64,000 bases of DNA from an uncultured Alphaproteobacteria bacterium (GCA_944390315.1 CALXPO010000007.1:6252-70251); one strand, 5' to 3'; shown: positions 16,985 through 26,350, numbered from the stretch's first letter. Notes: generated by a model from the sequence alone, not told the origin. Numbers and translations are program-made.

Positions 16985-18040
16985 ATGGAAAAAAATTTAT
17001 ATAAAATTTTAGGTGTAGAAACAGACGCCTCGCAAAATGAAATTGATATGGCCTTCTATAATCAAAAAGTTAAATATCATCCTGCCGTTGAAAAAGAAAG
17101 CAACGCCAAGCAAGAAAAGGAATTTGCAAAAATTGAAGAAGCCTATAAAATTTTGAAAGACCCGGATAAAAGAAAAGAATATGATGCAAGTTTACTCTCG
17201 TCATCTTCAGCCGAAACCAAGCCGTCATCTTTTACCAAAGCGCAAGATGTTCTGGCGATGAGTGCTGCCGCCGATAAATCCGTTACGCCGGCAATTACAC
17301 AAAAACCTTTTTTGTGCGTCAGCGGATTGTTAATTGCATTCTTAATTTTTAAAATGTTCGGTCCTGAATTTTCTCAAAGCAATTTAGCAAATAACTTTGT
17401 TAAAACAATCTACGATAACGATACCCAAAGTTTCAATTATATCGCTGTAATTTCTTTTATGTTCTGGTTGGCAATCGGCATAAGCGCTAATTGGTTATAC
17501 TTAAGAGTTGCGGCTTTGATTGAAATCAGACGTCTGCAAAATCAAAGCAAAAAAATTTCCGATAACGGCGACATCATCAGTTGCACTCTTCAAGAAGCTA
17601 ATTTTCTAAAAGCCGCGACGATTGCCGTAACCGTATTCTTTCTAACAGCAATCATCGGCACCAAAATAGATTTTCTTTTTGCAGACAATACATTGAAAAA
17701 TACCGCCCAAGAGCTTCCGCCGATTGATACCTTGCCCTACAAAATTTACATTTTTACACTTTTAAGCATAATTATATGCTACATTACCATAAGATTCTCC
17801 CTAAAAAAGTATACTTGTCCTTTCTGTCATGTACCTTTCAGCTTTTTTGTGATTGACCAATATGATGACAATTACCGCACATACAGTCGCACCGAATATC
17901 GCACCGTTAACCGCAACGGCCGTTCGGAACGCATTCCGTATATTGCCGCTTACCGCGAATGTGATCGCCACATCACCAGAAAATGCAAACAATGCGGAGA
18001 ACAGAAGCAAACAGTTACGGTTCATCGCGAACGCATATAA
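16985..18040 (+). CDS. J-like domain (HPA) membrane protein with C-terminal zinc ribbon, paralog 2
   Basis: NLYKILGVETDASQNEIDMAF..YHPAVEKE...EAYKILKDPDKRKEYD, four hydrophobic segments and a C-terminal TCPFCHVPFSFF...CKQCGE. Same architecture as the upstream gene. Confidence 0.8.
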   Translation: MEKNLYKILGVETDASQNEIDMAFYNQKVKYHPAVEKESNAKQEKEFAKIEEAYKILKDPDKRKEYDASLLSSSSAETKPSSFTKAQDVLAMSAAADKSVTPAITQKPFLCVSGLLIAFLIFKMFGPEFSQSNLANNFVKTIYDNDTQSFNYIAVISFMFWLAIGISANWLYLRVAALIEIRRLQNQSKKISDNGDIISCTLQEANFLKAATIAVTVFFLTAIIGTKIDFLFADNTLKNTAQELPPIDTLPYKIYIFTLLSIIICYITIRFSLKKYTCPFCHVPFSFFVIDQYDDNYRTYSRTEYRTVNRNGRSERIPYIAAYRECDRHITRKCKQCGEQKQTVTVHRERI

Positions 18041-18054
18041 TTTAGGCTAAATAG

Positions 18055-18195
18055 ACATCCCCGTAAACCGTGATTTCAAATCAGTTGCAAACCTTGCGGT
18101 TTAACCACACTCCGTAACATAAAGCAGTATTTTTCCCCTAACATTATGGCTTAGCCCCGAGTAAATTCGGATTTTTCTTGAAGGCAACTAATAAA
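18055..18195 (-). repeat. Degenerate copy of the 140-bp repeat (inverted relative to 72-350)
   Basis: CAGTTGCAAACCTTGCGGTTTAACCAC and AGCCCCGAGTAAATTCGGATTTTTCTTGAAGGCA align to the reverse complement of unit 212-350. Confidence 0.75.
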
Positions 18196-18235
18196 AACTC
18201 CCCGACCTCAACAATCGAAATCGGAGAGTTTTTAC
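18191..18235 (-). terminator. Terminator downstream of the 18255-18551 lipoprotein gene
   Basis: On the minus-strand RNA, AACUCUCCGA-15 nt-UCGGGGAGUU forms a 10-bp stem (one G-U) followed by UUUUU. On the plus strand the same stem has a C-A mismatch. Confidence 0.6.
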
Positions 18236-18254
18236 ATTTTTATACAATAAACTT

Positions 18255-18551
18255 CTATTTGGCATTCATCAAACTGTTAATAATGTTAGATGTAATACTT
18301 TGAGCTTCAGAATCAATTCCCGCCGCTTCAAGCGCCATTTTTTTCAAACAAGTATTAACAATCTCATCTTTTGTAACCGATACACTTTGGGCAAAAAGAG
18401 TACCGTTTTGCAGTTTGGTTTGAGCTTCCGTCAAAGCACAAGCTCTGAATTTATCCTGAGCAGAAGCGTTGCTGTCAACCGTCATATATTTATCCAATTG
18501 CGAACAAGCGCCCAATAACAACATACATCCCAATATTATACTTTTTTTCAT
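18255..18551 (-). CDS. Putative lipoprotein
   Basis: MKKSIILGCMLLLGACSQ contains a lipobox, and AGGAG lies upstream of ATG 18551. The ORF extends to 18575. Confidence 0.65.
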   Translation of the reverse strand: MKKSIILGCMLLLGACSQLDKYMTVDSNASAQDKFRACALTEAQTKLQNGTLFAQSVSVTKDEIVNTCLKKMALEAAGIDSEAQSITSNIINSLMNAK

Positions 18552-18751
18552 TTTTATCTCCTCTAAAAGTACCACACACTTACATATTTAAATTAAAACT
18601 GTTTAATATTTTACTGTAAAAAAAACGAAATAAGCGTTACGTTCTATTTTTATCACCCTGTACAAAATTTTAAATTAAAAAAAACATTAGCAATGACAAA
18701 AAGATAATGTTCACGCGTGGATACCGACTAAAATTCACGCAGCGAAACAAA

Positions 18752-18781
18752 AACCCGACTGATATAAAAATCAATCGGGTT
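18752..18781 (-). terminator. Terminator after rplL
   Basis: On the minus-strand RNA, AACCCGAUUGAU-UUUUAUA-UCAGUCGGGUU is followed by UUUUGUUU. It lies about 40 nt downstream of the rplL stop. Confidence 0.65.
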
Positions 18782-18819
18782 AATGTTTTAAATAAATCTC
18801 AAAGATAAGTTAAAAAGAA

Positions 18820-19188
18820 TTACTTCAATTCAACTTTAGCACCGGCAGCTTCAAGTTTCTTTTTAATTTCTTCAGCTTCAGCCTTAGGAGCATTTTCTTT
18901 AACAGTCTTCGGAGCACTATCTACCAAATCTTTAGCTTCTTTCAAGCCCAATTGAGTGATAGCTCTGATTTCTTTAATAACGTTAATCTTGTTATCGCCT
19001 GCAGCAACCAAAACAACTTCGAATTCATCTTTTTCTTCTTCGGCAGCAGCGGCAGCACCACCGGCAGCAACAGCTACGGCAGCAGCGGCAGAAACGCCCC
19101 ATTTTTCTTCCAACATTTTAGAAAGGTCAGCAGCTTCCATAACAGTCAAAGCTGACAATTCATCTACTAACTTGGCTAAATCGGCCAT
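18820..19188 (-). CDS. rplL: 50S ribosomal protein L7/L12
   Basis: 122 aa with the Ala-rich hinge [18 protein letters not shown] and a C-terminal [11 protein letters not shown]...[14 protein letters not shown]. Confidence 0.97.
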   Translation of the reverse strand: MADLAKLVDELSALTVMEAADLSKMLEEKWGVSAAAAVAVAAGGAAAAAEEEKDEFEVVLVAAGDNKINVIKEIRAITQLGLKEAKDLVDSAPKTVKENAPKAEAEEIKKKLEAAGAKVELK

Positions 19189-19249
19189 TTTTTTTCTCCA
19201 ATAAATAAAATTAAATTTTTTAAGTTAAAAACCACAAACAAGCAACGGG

Positions 19250-19732
19250 TTAAGCTGCTTCTTTCTCTGAATATGCTTTGGTAACACGAGCCAACTGAGC
19301 AGCAGGAGCTTGCAACAAACCAATAATTTTGGCGCGCAGTTCGTCGACAGAAGGAATGCTTGCCAAGCGATTGATTTCATCAAGGGAAAGAAGACCTGTT
19401 CCCATAGCTCCACCAAGGATAACAAACTTTTCATTACCTTTTGCAAATTCTACACAAGCCTTGCAGGCAGAAACCGGATCTTTAGCAAAAGCAATTGCTG
19501 TCGGACCTGTAAATTGATCTGCCAAATCAGCAAACTTAGAATCTTTCAGAGCGAGACGAGTGATGCGGTTTTTCGTTACTTTGAACCCAGCACCGGCTTT
19601 ACGGATGTTGTTTCTCAATTCAGAAACCTCAGCTACGGTAAGTCCCTTATAATGAGAGATTACAATAGACTCAGACTCATCAAACAACTGCTTAAGTTCA
19701 GCGAGCAATTGTGCTTTTTCGTCACGATTCAC
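19250..19732 (-). CDS. rplJ: 50S ribosomal protein L10
   Basis: VNRDEKAQLLAELKQLF is an L10-type N-terminus. GTG 19732 is preceded by GGAGA. The ORF extends to 19768. Confidence 0.9.
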   Translation of the reverse strand: MNRDEKAQLLAELKQLFDESESIVISHYKGLTVAEVSELRNNIRKAGAGFKVTKNRITRLALKDSKFADLADQFTGPTAIAFAKDPVSACKACVEFAKGNEKFVILGGAMGTGLLSLDEINRLASIPSVDELRAKIIGLLQAPAAQLARVTKAYSEKEAA

Positions 19733-19768
19733 TTTTCCATCTCCAAAAAAACATCTTCTAAAATTCAA

Positions 19769-19990
19769 AGATGCATATTTTACATTTTCGCTTCCAAAAC
19801 GAAAGCGAGGTTAAACTGTCCAGGAGAAAAAAACGATTTAAAAATCTTACTTACTCCGTCTGCGTAGGAAATTAAGATCTGGCAACAAGAGAACGCGTCG
19901 CCGTGACGACCACCTACGGTCTTGGACAGGCTGAACGACACTTTATTTCGTTCGTAGATTGTAGATAAAACTTTATTTTTCAAATGTCAA
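19769..19990 (-). promoter_or_regulatory. Structured, locally GC-rich rplJ leader (candidate L10/L12 autoregulatory RNA)
   Basis: On the minus strand there is a GAACGA/UCGUUC hairpin and CGUAGG...CCUACG long-range pairing around a GC-rich core (GGUGGUCGUCACGGCGACGCG). The position matches known L10 leader regulation. No covariance model was run. Confidence 0.3.
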
Positions 19991-20021
19991 GAATATTTTC
20001 AAACTCTTTTTATGAGTTTAA

Positions 20022-20807
20022 TTATTCATTTTGAGATGTCTTTGCTCGACTAAATTCTAACAAATGATTGTTATCATCATTGTTGTTGAGTTTGATTTTT
20101 CCCAAATGGATGGCATCTTTTGCCGCTGAGGAATGACACCTTTCGACAATTGGAGATTTTGGATTTTCTTTAAATTGTTTTAATCTCGCTTCAGCTTCTT
20201 TCGTCGGCAGCCCCGCTTCTTTCATTTTGTCAATAGCATAGCAAAGTTCGTCTTCGGTAATCAAAAAAACATGTTTTTGCCAATATTCTTCTTTTCGGCG
20301 ATTATCCAGTTTTGCCCGAATATCTGCATTTTCATCAAGTTTTCTCGGAAAAGGCTCACCGGGGTCGCCAAAAATCATTGTATAATTACCTCCGAGCCCG
20401 CTATTACCATATGGTCCATAGATTCCGTGTATTATATTGGTCTTTGGCATATCTTTAGAGGAAATAAGAGCCACATTAACTTCAAAACCGCCATTATTTT
20501 CCGGCTCACGTACAATATTAAATACAGTATTTTTATTTAAACTTTCTATGGGAACAACCGCATCGCTGCCAATGTCACGATCTGTCTCCAAACAAAAGAC
20601 TTTTCGACCAGGATTTCCTTCAGCTTCAATCAGTTTTCCATATTCTTCATCCATTTTCTTTGAAATTTTTTGAATATCTTCACGTGACACATCGGACAGC
20701 ACTTTAGAGCCGATCACCAAAGATGAGGAATCCGTATGCCGTTGTAAATGTTCTTCATTGTCTGCACAAGGAGCTAATTTTAATTTTTCAACCATAGATT
20801 CCTCCAT
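20022..20807 (-). CDS. Hypothetical protein (261 aa, ORFan) inserted between rplJ and rplA
   Basis: Clean ORF with no signal peptide and no motif recognised. Confidence 0.6.
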   Translation of the reverse strand: MEESMVEKLKLAPCADNEEHLQRHTDSSSLVIGSKVLSDVSREDIQKISKKMDEEYGKLIEAEGNPGRKVFCLETDRDIGSDAVVPIESLNKNTVFNIVREPENNGGFEVNVALISSKDMPKTNIIHGIYGPYGNSGLGGNYTMIFGDPGEPFPRKLDENADIRAKLDNRRKEEYWQKHVFLITEDELCYAIDKMKEAGLPTKEAEARLKQFKENPKSPIVERCHSSAAKDAIHLGKIKLNNNDDNNHLLEFSRAKTSQNE

Positions 20808-20960
20808 AAATAGTGTTTCATTGCTTGATTGTTTTTATAATAACAGTATTTTATATTTTTAGCAACATTTTTGACAAAAAGTAAACAAAAAATATTAAAA
20901 TACCGAATATCTGATTTTTAAAACCCTTTTTCTCTCAACACAGATACACAGGAAACAAAA

Positions 20961-21080
20961 GAATTCAAATCAGCTGCCAATCTACGATTTGATTACGCCC
21001 GTCGGCGTGGAGCAGTATTGTCCGCACCCAGAACATGCGGCTCGGAGCAAACTCTAATTTTTGTAAGGCAATTTATAATC
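20961..21080 (-). repeat. Degenerate copy of the 140-bp repeat
   Basis: TCAGCTGCCAATCTACGATTTGATTACGCCCGTCGGCGTGGAGCAGTATTGTCC...TTTTTGTAAGGCAATTTATAA aligns to the reverse complement of the unit. Confidence 0.7.
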
Positions 21081-21130
21081 TGTCCGACAATTTATGACCA
21101 AAGAAACCGCCGGCAGTTTTCTTATTACAA

Positions 21131-21159
21131 AAAAAGCGAAGAGATTCTCTTCGCTTTTT
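21131..21159 (-). terminator. Terminator after rplA
   Basis: The GCGAAGA-GATTC-TCTTCGC stem is flanked by an A-run and a T-run. It lies about 25 nt downstream of the rplA stop. Confidence 0.7.
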
Positions 21160-21181
21160 AAACTTTTATGCCAAACAAATA

Positions 21182-21865
21182 TTAAAGATTTGCAAGGTCG
21201 ACATGAACACCGGCACCCATAGTGGAGCTGATAGAAATTTTCTTCATATAAGTTCCTTTGGCACCAGCAGGTTTAGCTTTGATAACAGCATCAATCAATG
21301 CTTTAGCATTTTCATAAATAGCTTCTTCGCTAAAACTTACTTTACCGACACCTGCGTGAACAATACCTGTTTTTTCGGCACGATATTGGACTTCACCGGC
21401 TTTAGCCTTTTTAACGGCACCGGCAACATCCATGGTAACAGTACCGAGTTTTGGATTCGGCATCAAACCTTTAGGTCCGAGTACACGAGCTACACGACCG
21501 GCCAAGCCCATCATATCGGGAGTGGCAATGCAGCGATCAAACTCGATTTTGCCTGCCAAAATGGAATCAATCAGATTTTCGGCACCGACAATATCAGCAC
21601 CGGCAGCTTTAGCTTCGTCAGCTTTTTCACCCTGAGCCAAGACAGCAACGCGAACTTTTTTACCTGTACCGTTAGGCAAAGAGCAAACACCGCGAACCAT
21701 TTGGTCAGCATATTTCGGATCGACGCCAAGGTTAATAGCCAAATCAACAGTTTCGTCGAATTTGGCATTAGCATTTTCTTTAACCAACTTGACAGCTTCT
21801 CTCAAAGAATAGAGTTTAGATTTGTCAATGGTTTTATATGCATTTACAATTCTTTTTCCTGACAT
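21182..21865 (-). CDS. rplA: 50S ribosomal protein L1
   Basis: [45 protein letters not shown] is an L1 signature. The ORF extends to 21889. Confidence 0.95.
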   Translation of the reverse strand: MSGKRIVNAYKTIDKSKLYSLREAVKLVKENANAKFDETVDLAINLGVDPKYADQMVRGVCSLPNGTGKKVRVAVLAQGEKADEAKAAGADIVGAENLIDSILAGKIEFDRCIATPDMMGLAGRVARVLGPKGLMPNPKLGTVTMDVAGAVKKAKAGEVQYRAEKTGIVHAGVGKVSFSEEAIYENAKALIDAVIKAKPAGAKGTYMKKISISSTMGAGVHVDLANL

Positions 21866-21869
21866 CGTC

Positions 21870-22310
21870 TTACTCCACAACCTTAACACCCATAGAAACG
21901 GCCTGACCTTTTACCATATTCATGGCAGCTTCAACGGTTGAGCAGTTCAAATCAGGCATTTTGGCTTCGGCAATTTCTTTAACCTGAGCCATTGTAATCT
22001 GACCGGCAACAACTTTACCCGGTTCTTTAGAAGCAGATTTAATCTTAGCTGCTTGCTTGATGTAATAAGAAACAGGAGGCAGTTTTGTAACGAAAGTAAA
22101 CGATTTATCTTCGTAAGCCGTAATAACAACCGGCACAGGAATACCGGGTTCCATTTTTTGGGTTGCGGCATTAAAAGCCTTGCAGAATTCCATAATATTC
22201 AAGCCTTTTTGACCCAAAGCAGGTCCTACCGGAGGAGAAGGATTAGCCTTACCTGCGGCAATTTGGAGCTTGATAAAGCCTAAAATTTTCTTTTTAGATT
22301 TTACAGCCAT
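21870..22310 (-). CDS. rplK: 50S ribosomal protein L11
   Basis: [34 protein letters not shown] is an L11 signature. ATG 22310 (MAVKSKKK) is preferred; the ORF extends to 22325. Confidence 0.95.
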   Translation of the reverse strand: MAVKSKKKILGFIKLQIAAGKANPSPPVGPALGQKGLNIMEFCKAFNAATQKMEPGIPVPVVITAYEDKSFTFVTKLPPVSYYIKQAAKIKSASKEPGKVVAGQITMAQVKEIAEAKMPDLNCSTVEAAMNMVKGQAVSMGVKVVE

Positions 22311-22541
22311 TTTATTACCTTTCAAATAGGTTTGTGGTAAGATTATGGCAAATCTCCCACAAGATTATTACATAAAAACGATTCTTCCAAACGGACTCAC
22401 CCATTTGGAATATCGCGTTTTGTATAACACAATCATTTCATTTTGCAAGCATTTTTTAGTCAGCATTATAAAATTGACAAATAATTTCATTACATTATAC
22501 TTTTTACATATTTAATTTATTATGTCTAATTAGTAATCAAA

Positions 22542-22724
22542 ATGAAAAGGGAAAATGTAACTTATTATGAAGCCGAAGGGGAAAATTTAATTATTTTCTG
22601 TTCTTCTTTAGCTGCAATGACGGCCGAAGGCAAAAAAATTGTTGCCAATTTTCACGGAAAAACATTAGTTATCTTCGGACAAAAAACTCAATACGAGATT
22701 ATTTTGATGTTCGATACTAACTAA
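22542..22724 (+). CDS. Small hypothetical protein (60 aa)
   Basis: The ORF is followed by its own strong hairpin terminator. No clear RBS. Confidence 0.3.
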   Translation: MKRENVTYYEAEGENLIIFCSSLAAMTAEGKKIVANFHGKTLVIFGQKTQYEIILMFDTN

Positions 22725-22741
22725 TTAACAATTTAACAATC

Positions 22742-22779
22742 AAGACACTGCCGTTTACAATAAAACCGCAGTGTCTTTT
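22742..22779 (+). terminator. Hairpin terminator
   Basis: AAGACACTGC-16 nt-GCAGTGTCTT gives a 10-bp perfect stem followed by TTTT. Confidence 0.55.
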
Positions 22780-22871
22780 ATCCATTATCTTGCTTTATAA
22801 ACCAACATTTCATGCCAAATATTTTATTTTAAGGCACACTCAGCAAAAGCTCTGTTTAAGTAAATGTTATT

Positions 22872-23342
22872 CTATTCTAAAAATGAAGTACAATGCGGAC
22901 AGCGAGTTGCTTCTTTGACAACTTCTTCTTTACAAAACGGACAAATTTTTGTTTTAACTTCTTCTTTAGTCTCTTTTTTCAGCATTTTTGCTTCAATTTC
23001 ATTGATGGCCTTAATCAAGACAAAAACGGCAAAAGCTATCAGAACAAAACTGATAAACGCATTCAAAAAATTCCCGACATTAAGCGTCGTAGCTCCGGCC
23101 TCAGTTGCCTGAGCCAAGGAGGCATATTTTCCCTCATGTCCGGGGACATCTTTCAATACAAAAAACAAATTTGAAAAATCCATACTTCCCAAAAGCAATC
23201 CAAGCGGGGGAAGAACAATGTCTTTAACCAAAGAATCTACGATTTTGCCAAATGCTGCGCCGATAATAACACCGACAGCCATATCTATAACATTGCCGCG
23301 CATGGCAAATTTTTTGAATTCATTAAAAAAAGATTTTAACAT
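22872..23342 (-). CDS. mscL: Large-conductance mechanosensitive channel MscL with C-terminal CxxC...CxxC tail
   Basis: FKKFAMRGNVIDMAVGVIIGAAFGKIVDSLV is an MscL signature. The extra C-terminus reads ICPFCKEEVVKEATRCPHCTSFLE. Confidence 0.9.
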   Translation of the reverse strand: MLKSFFNEFKKFAMRGNVIDMAVGVIIGAAFGKIVDSLVKDIVLPPLGLLLGSMDFSNLFFVLKDVPGHEGKYASLAQATEAGATTLNVGNFLNAFISFVLIAFAVFVLIKAINEIEAKMLKKETKEEVKTKICPFCKEEVVKEATRCPHCTSFLE

Positions 23343-23482
23343 TTTTTATCTCCATATAAAAACGACAAGAACGAACCTGCCCCATACTCAGTTTATTCTA
23401 CACAACGCTTTTGTCATCTTATCTGATTAAATATTATCTAAAAATAGATTATATCTTTTCCCATCTTTGATTCTTTAATAAA

Positions 23483-23620
23483 TATCTCCCCATTAAGAGA
23501 AGTCTAAATCAACTTTAAGGCATGAAATCCGGTTATGTAGAGCTGCCGGAGGACCGCCACCGACACCTTGGCATTCAGCCCCGAGTAAACTCGGAATTTT
23601 TCATATAACACCAATAATAA
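23483..23620 (-). repeat. Divergent copy of the 140-bp repeat
   Basis: GCATTCAGCCCCGAGTAAACTCGGAATTTTTC and the upstream segments align loosely to the reverse complement of the unit. Confidence 0.6.
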
Positions 23621-23645
23621 AAAAAGCCGCCCATGGCGACTTTTT
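23621..23645 (-). terminator. Terminator after nusG
   Basis: On the minus-strand RNA, AGUCGCC-AUG-GGCGGCU (one G-U) is followed by UUUUU. It lies 16 nt downstream of the nusG stop. Confidence 0.55.
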
Positions 23646-23660
23646 ACTTTGAAAAGCATT

Positions 23661-24194
23661 TTAATTGACTTTTTCCACCTGATTAAATTCAAGTTCGACC
23701 GGTGTTGCACGACCAAAAATTGAAACAGACAATTTCAAGCGGGCTTTTTCGGCATCGACATCTTCAACCAAACCGATGAATGAAGCAAACGGACCGTCGC
23801 ATACTCTAACCTGTTCACCCACTTCAAAATTAACCACGGTCTGCGGACGTTCAACTCCTTCTTCAATTTGTTTGATAATGCGGTTAGCTTCGGCATCGGA
23901 AATGGCTTGAGGTTTATTACGCGAACCCAAAAATCCGGTTACGCGCGGTGTATTTTTAACAACGTGCCAACTGTCGTCGGACATTTCCATTTTGACCAAA
24001 ACATATCCGGGGAAAAACTTACGTTCGGAATTAACTTTTTTATTTTTCTTAACTTCTACAATATTTTCGGTTGGTACCATTACCTCCAAAATTTTGTCTT
24101 CCATTCCTTTCAAGACAGCCTGTTCTCTGAGAGATTCGGCCACTTTCTTTTCCGAACCAGAGTACACATGTACAACATACCAATGAGCAGCCAT
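23661..24194 (-). CDS. nusG: Transcription termination/antitermination factor NusG
   Basis: The WYVVHVYSGSEKKV N-terminus and a C-terminal KOW motif (GEQVRVCDGPFASFIGLVEDVD). Confidence 0.96.
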   Translation of the reverse strand: MAAHWYVVHVYSGSEKKVAESLREQAVLKGMEDKILEVMVPTENIVEVKKNKKVNSERKFFPGYVLVKMEMSDDSWHVVKNTPRVTGFLGSRNKPQAISDAEANRIIKQIEEGVERPQTVVNFEVGEQVRVCDGPFASFIGLVEDVDAEKARLKLSVSIFGRATPVELEFNQVEKVN

Positions 24195-24207
24195 TGCCTA
24201 CTTTCTC

Positions 24208-24405
24208 CTAACCAAAAATCAATTTAACGATAAAGCCGAACACTTGGTCGATACAAAAGAAGAAGGCAGCTGCAATTGCCACCAAAATCAATACCATCAA
24301 AGAAGTCTGCATAACCTCTTTTTTGGTCGGCCATGTAACTTTTTTAACTTCCTGTTTAACCTGCTTAAAAAACAGCACCGGACTAACTTTTGCCATCAAC
24401 TTCAT
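24208..24405 (-). CDS. secE: Preprotein translocase subunit SecE
   Basis: Short protein directly upstream of nusG with KQVKQEVKKVTWPTKKEV plus a single TM segment. The start is uncertain (ATG 24405 or 24396); the ORF extends to 24480. Confidence 0.85.
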   Translation of the reverse strand: MKLMAKVSPVLFFKQVKQEVKKVTWPTKKEVMQTSLMVLILVAIAAAFFFCIDQVFGFIVKLIFG

Positions 24406-24571
24406 CCAATCATCAAAATTGTTATACCTAAAGAAGGCAGTACACAAGCCAAAATAACGTCGGATTGACGCAGAATGCACAAATACTGCCTAATTTTTGT
24501 TGCAAACATAAACTATTACTGTCAAAATTGCAATACCTTTTTTTCACCCTTTGACAACCTCTTAAAAGGGG

Positions 24572-26350
24572 CTAATCCGTTTGCAAATTCCATAGTCGGG
24601 CAAAGTCTCCGTTTTTATCCAAAAGCTCAGCAGGTGTCCCATCTTCAATAATTTTTCCGTCTTTCATCACAATAATTCTATCCATTTGTTGTAAAGTCGA
24701 CAATCGATGCGCCACCGCAATCACCGTTTTATTTTTCATTTGCGCCGCCAAATTATCCCCGATTTGAGCCTGAGCCAAATTATCCAAAGAAGAAGTCGCT
24801 TCATCCAAAATCAAAATCGGACTGTTTTTTAAGATAGCTCTCGCAATAGCTATCCGTTGACGTTGTCCGCCCGAGAGTTTAATTCCTCTCTCACCGACAA
24901 GCGTATTATATCCCTGCGGCTGCTGATTGATAAAATCGGCAATCTCTGCATCCCGAGCGGCTTTTTCAATTTCCGCTTTTGTTGCCCGCGTTTTACCATA
25001 GGTCAGATTTTGCTTTATCGTACGGTTAAACAAAACGGCATCTTGCGGAACAAACGCAATATTTTGCATTAAACTTTGATGTTTAACTTGCCCGATATCC
25101 TGCCCGTCTATAACGATTTTTCCGTTCTGCGGCTCAAAAAATCGGAGTAACAAATTTATCAGCGTTGTTTTACCGCCGCCCGACATACCGACAATACCGA
25201 CCTTTTGTTTCGGCTCGATTGTGAAATTAAAATTCTTAAAAATTTTTCTTTTGCCCTCATAGCCGAAAGTGATATTTTTAAATTCTATCTTTCCTCTTGT
25301 AACTTTTAAATTTCGGGCATTCGGCAAATCAACAATTTCGTGTTTTTGCAAAAACGGCATCATAGATGCGGCAACTTCGCCGAAATAGTGGTTCATACTG
25401 GCAATTTCTCCCATAAAACGATTAAAATTACTCAAAGCATCACGCTGCAACAACAAGACCAAAGTCAGCTGCTCCACTCCGATGATTCGCTTATACCATA
25501 GCCAAAGCGCCAAAGCCGAACCGGATATTTCAAAAACCGCCAACAACAGACTTTGAACGGCGACAATGCTTTGCATTTTGAAAACTTCAACAAAACGTAC
25601 CCGCCAAGCATTATCAAATTTCTTTAATATTCTTTTTCTTTCCGAATTCTCTTTTCCAAACAGTTTTACGGTTACAATATTAGAAACACTGTCGGTTTGT
25701 TCACCAATATAGTTGTCCCAACGATCTTTTGTGCGCTTGTTCATATTCACCAGAACAAAACTCGTTTTATAAGAATAGTAACTTGAAATCAGTCCGAAAA
25801 TAACAGTCATCAACACGAACCACAAGTTCACCCGTCCGATATAATAAAAGCAAATCATCAGCAAAAACAGGCAGCTTCCCATGCGTGAACAAAAAATATG
25901 CAATTTTGACATTCCGTCTTTCAAACCCAAGATTTTTTCGGAAAGTTGTCCGGCTTTTTGCGAATTCAAATAGTTTAACGAATGTTTGGCGATATATTCC
26001 ATCCCAAACAGCGAGAGCTTTGCCCGCATCGGATTACGAACATATACGGCTTCCACATATTCCCGTACGAACCTCAACAGCGAAGTCAACAAGAACATTG
26101 CAATCAGCATTGTCAGATAAAAACTCAACTTTTTCCACTCTAACGTTTCGGGTGTAATTTCGGCAAAATAGCCGACAATTTTTGCAAACCACACCGGAAT
26201 GGATATTTTAGTCCAACTTAGTAAAAATGCACAAAATATGCCCAAGACTGCCCAAAGACGATAGCCTTTTAAGACATTCCACAAAAAGACAAAAGGATTG
26301 GGACTTATTTTTTCAATCGGCTTGCCGAAGATATCAAACTTTTCAGTCAT
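24572..26350 (-). CDS. ABC exporter, fused permease/ATPase (heterodimer partner 2)
   Basis: N-terminal 6-TM domain, Walker A GMSGGGKTT, signature LSGGQRQR and Walker B ILILDEATS. ATG 26350 overlaps the upstream stop (ATGACTGA). Confidence 0.92.
   Translation of the reverse strand: MTEKFDIFGKPIEKISPNPFVFLWNVLKGYRLWAVLGIFCAFLLSWTKISIPVWFAKIVGYFAEITPETLEWKKLSFYLTMLIAMFLLTSLLRFVREYVEAVYVRNPMRAKLSLFGMEYIAKHSLNYLNSQKAGQLSEKILGLKDGMSKLHIFCSRMGSCLFLLMICFYYIGRVNLWFVLMTVIFGLISSYYSYKTSFVLVNMNKRTKDRWDNYIGEQTDSVSNIVTVKLFGKENSERKRILKKFDNAWRVRFVEVFKMQSIVAVQSLLLAVFEISGSALALWLWYKRIIGVEQLTLVLLLQRDALSNFNRFMGEIASMNHYFGEVAASMMPFLQKHEIVDLPNARNLKVTRGKIEFKNITFGYEGKRKIFKNFNFTIEPKQKVGIVGMSGGGKTTLINLLLRFFEPQNGKIVIDGQDIGQVKHQSLMQNIAFVPQDAVLFNRTIKQNLTYGKTRATKAEIEKAARDAEIADFINQQPQGYNTLVGERGIKLSGGQRQRIAIARAILKNSPILILDEATSSLDNLAQAQIGDNLAAQMKNKTVIAVAHRLSTLQQMDRIIVMKDGKIIEDGTPAELLDKNGDFARLWNLQTD

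Noticed and set aside
19780-19983. The 67-aa ORF upstream of rplJ.
   Set aside because: It falls in the structured, GC-rich rplJ leader and has no RBS. An autoregulatory leader RNA explains it better.
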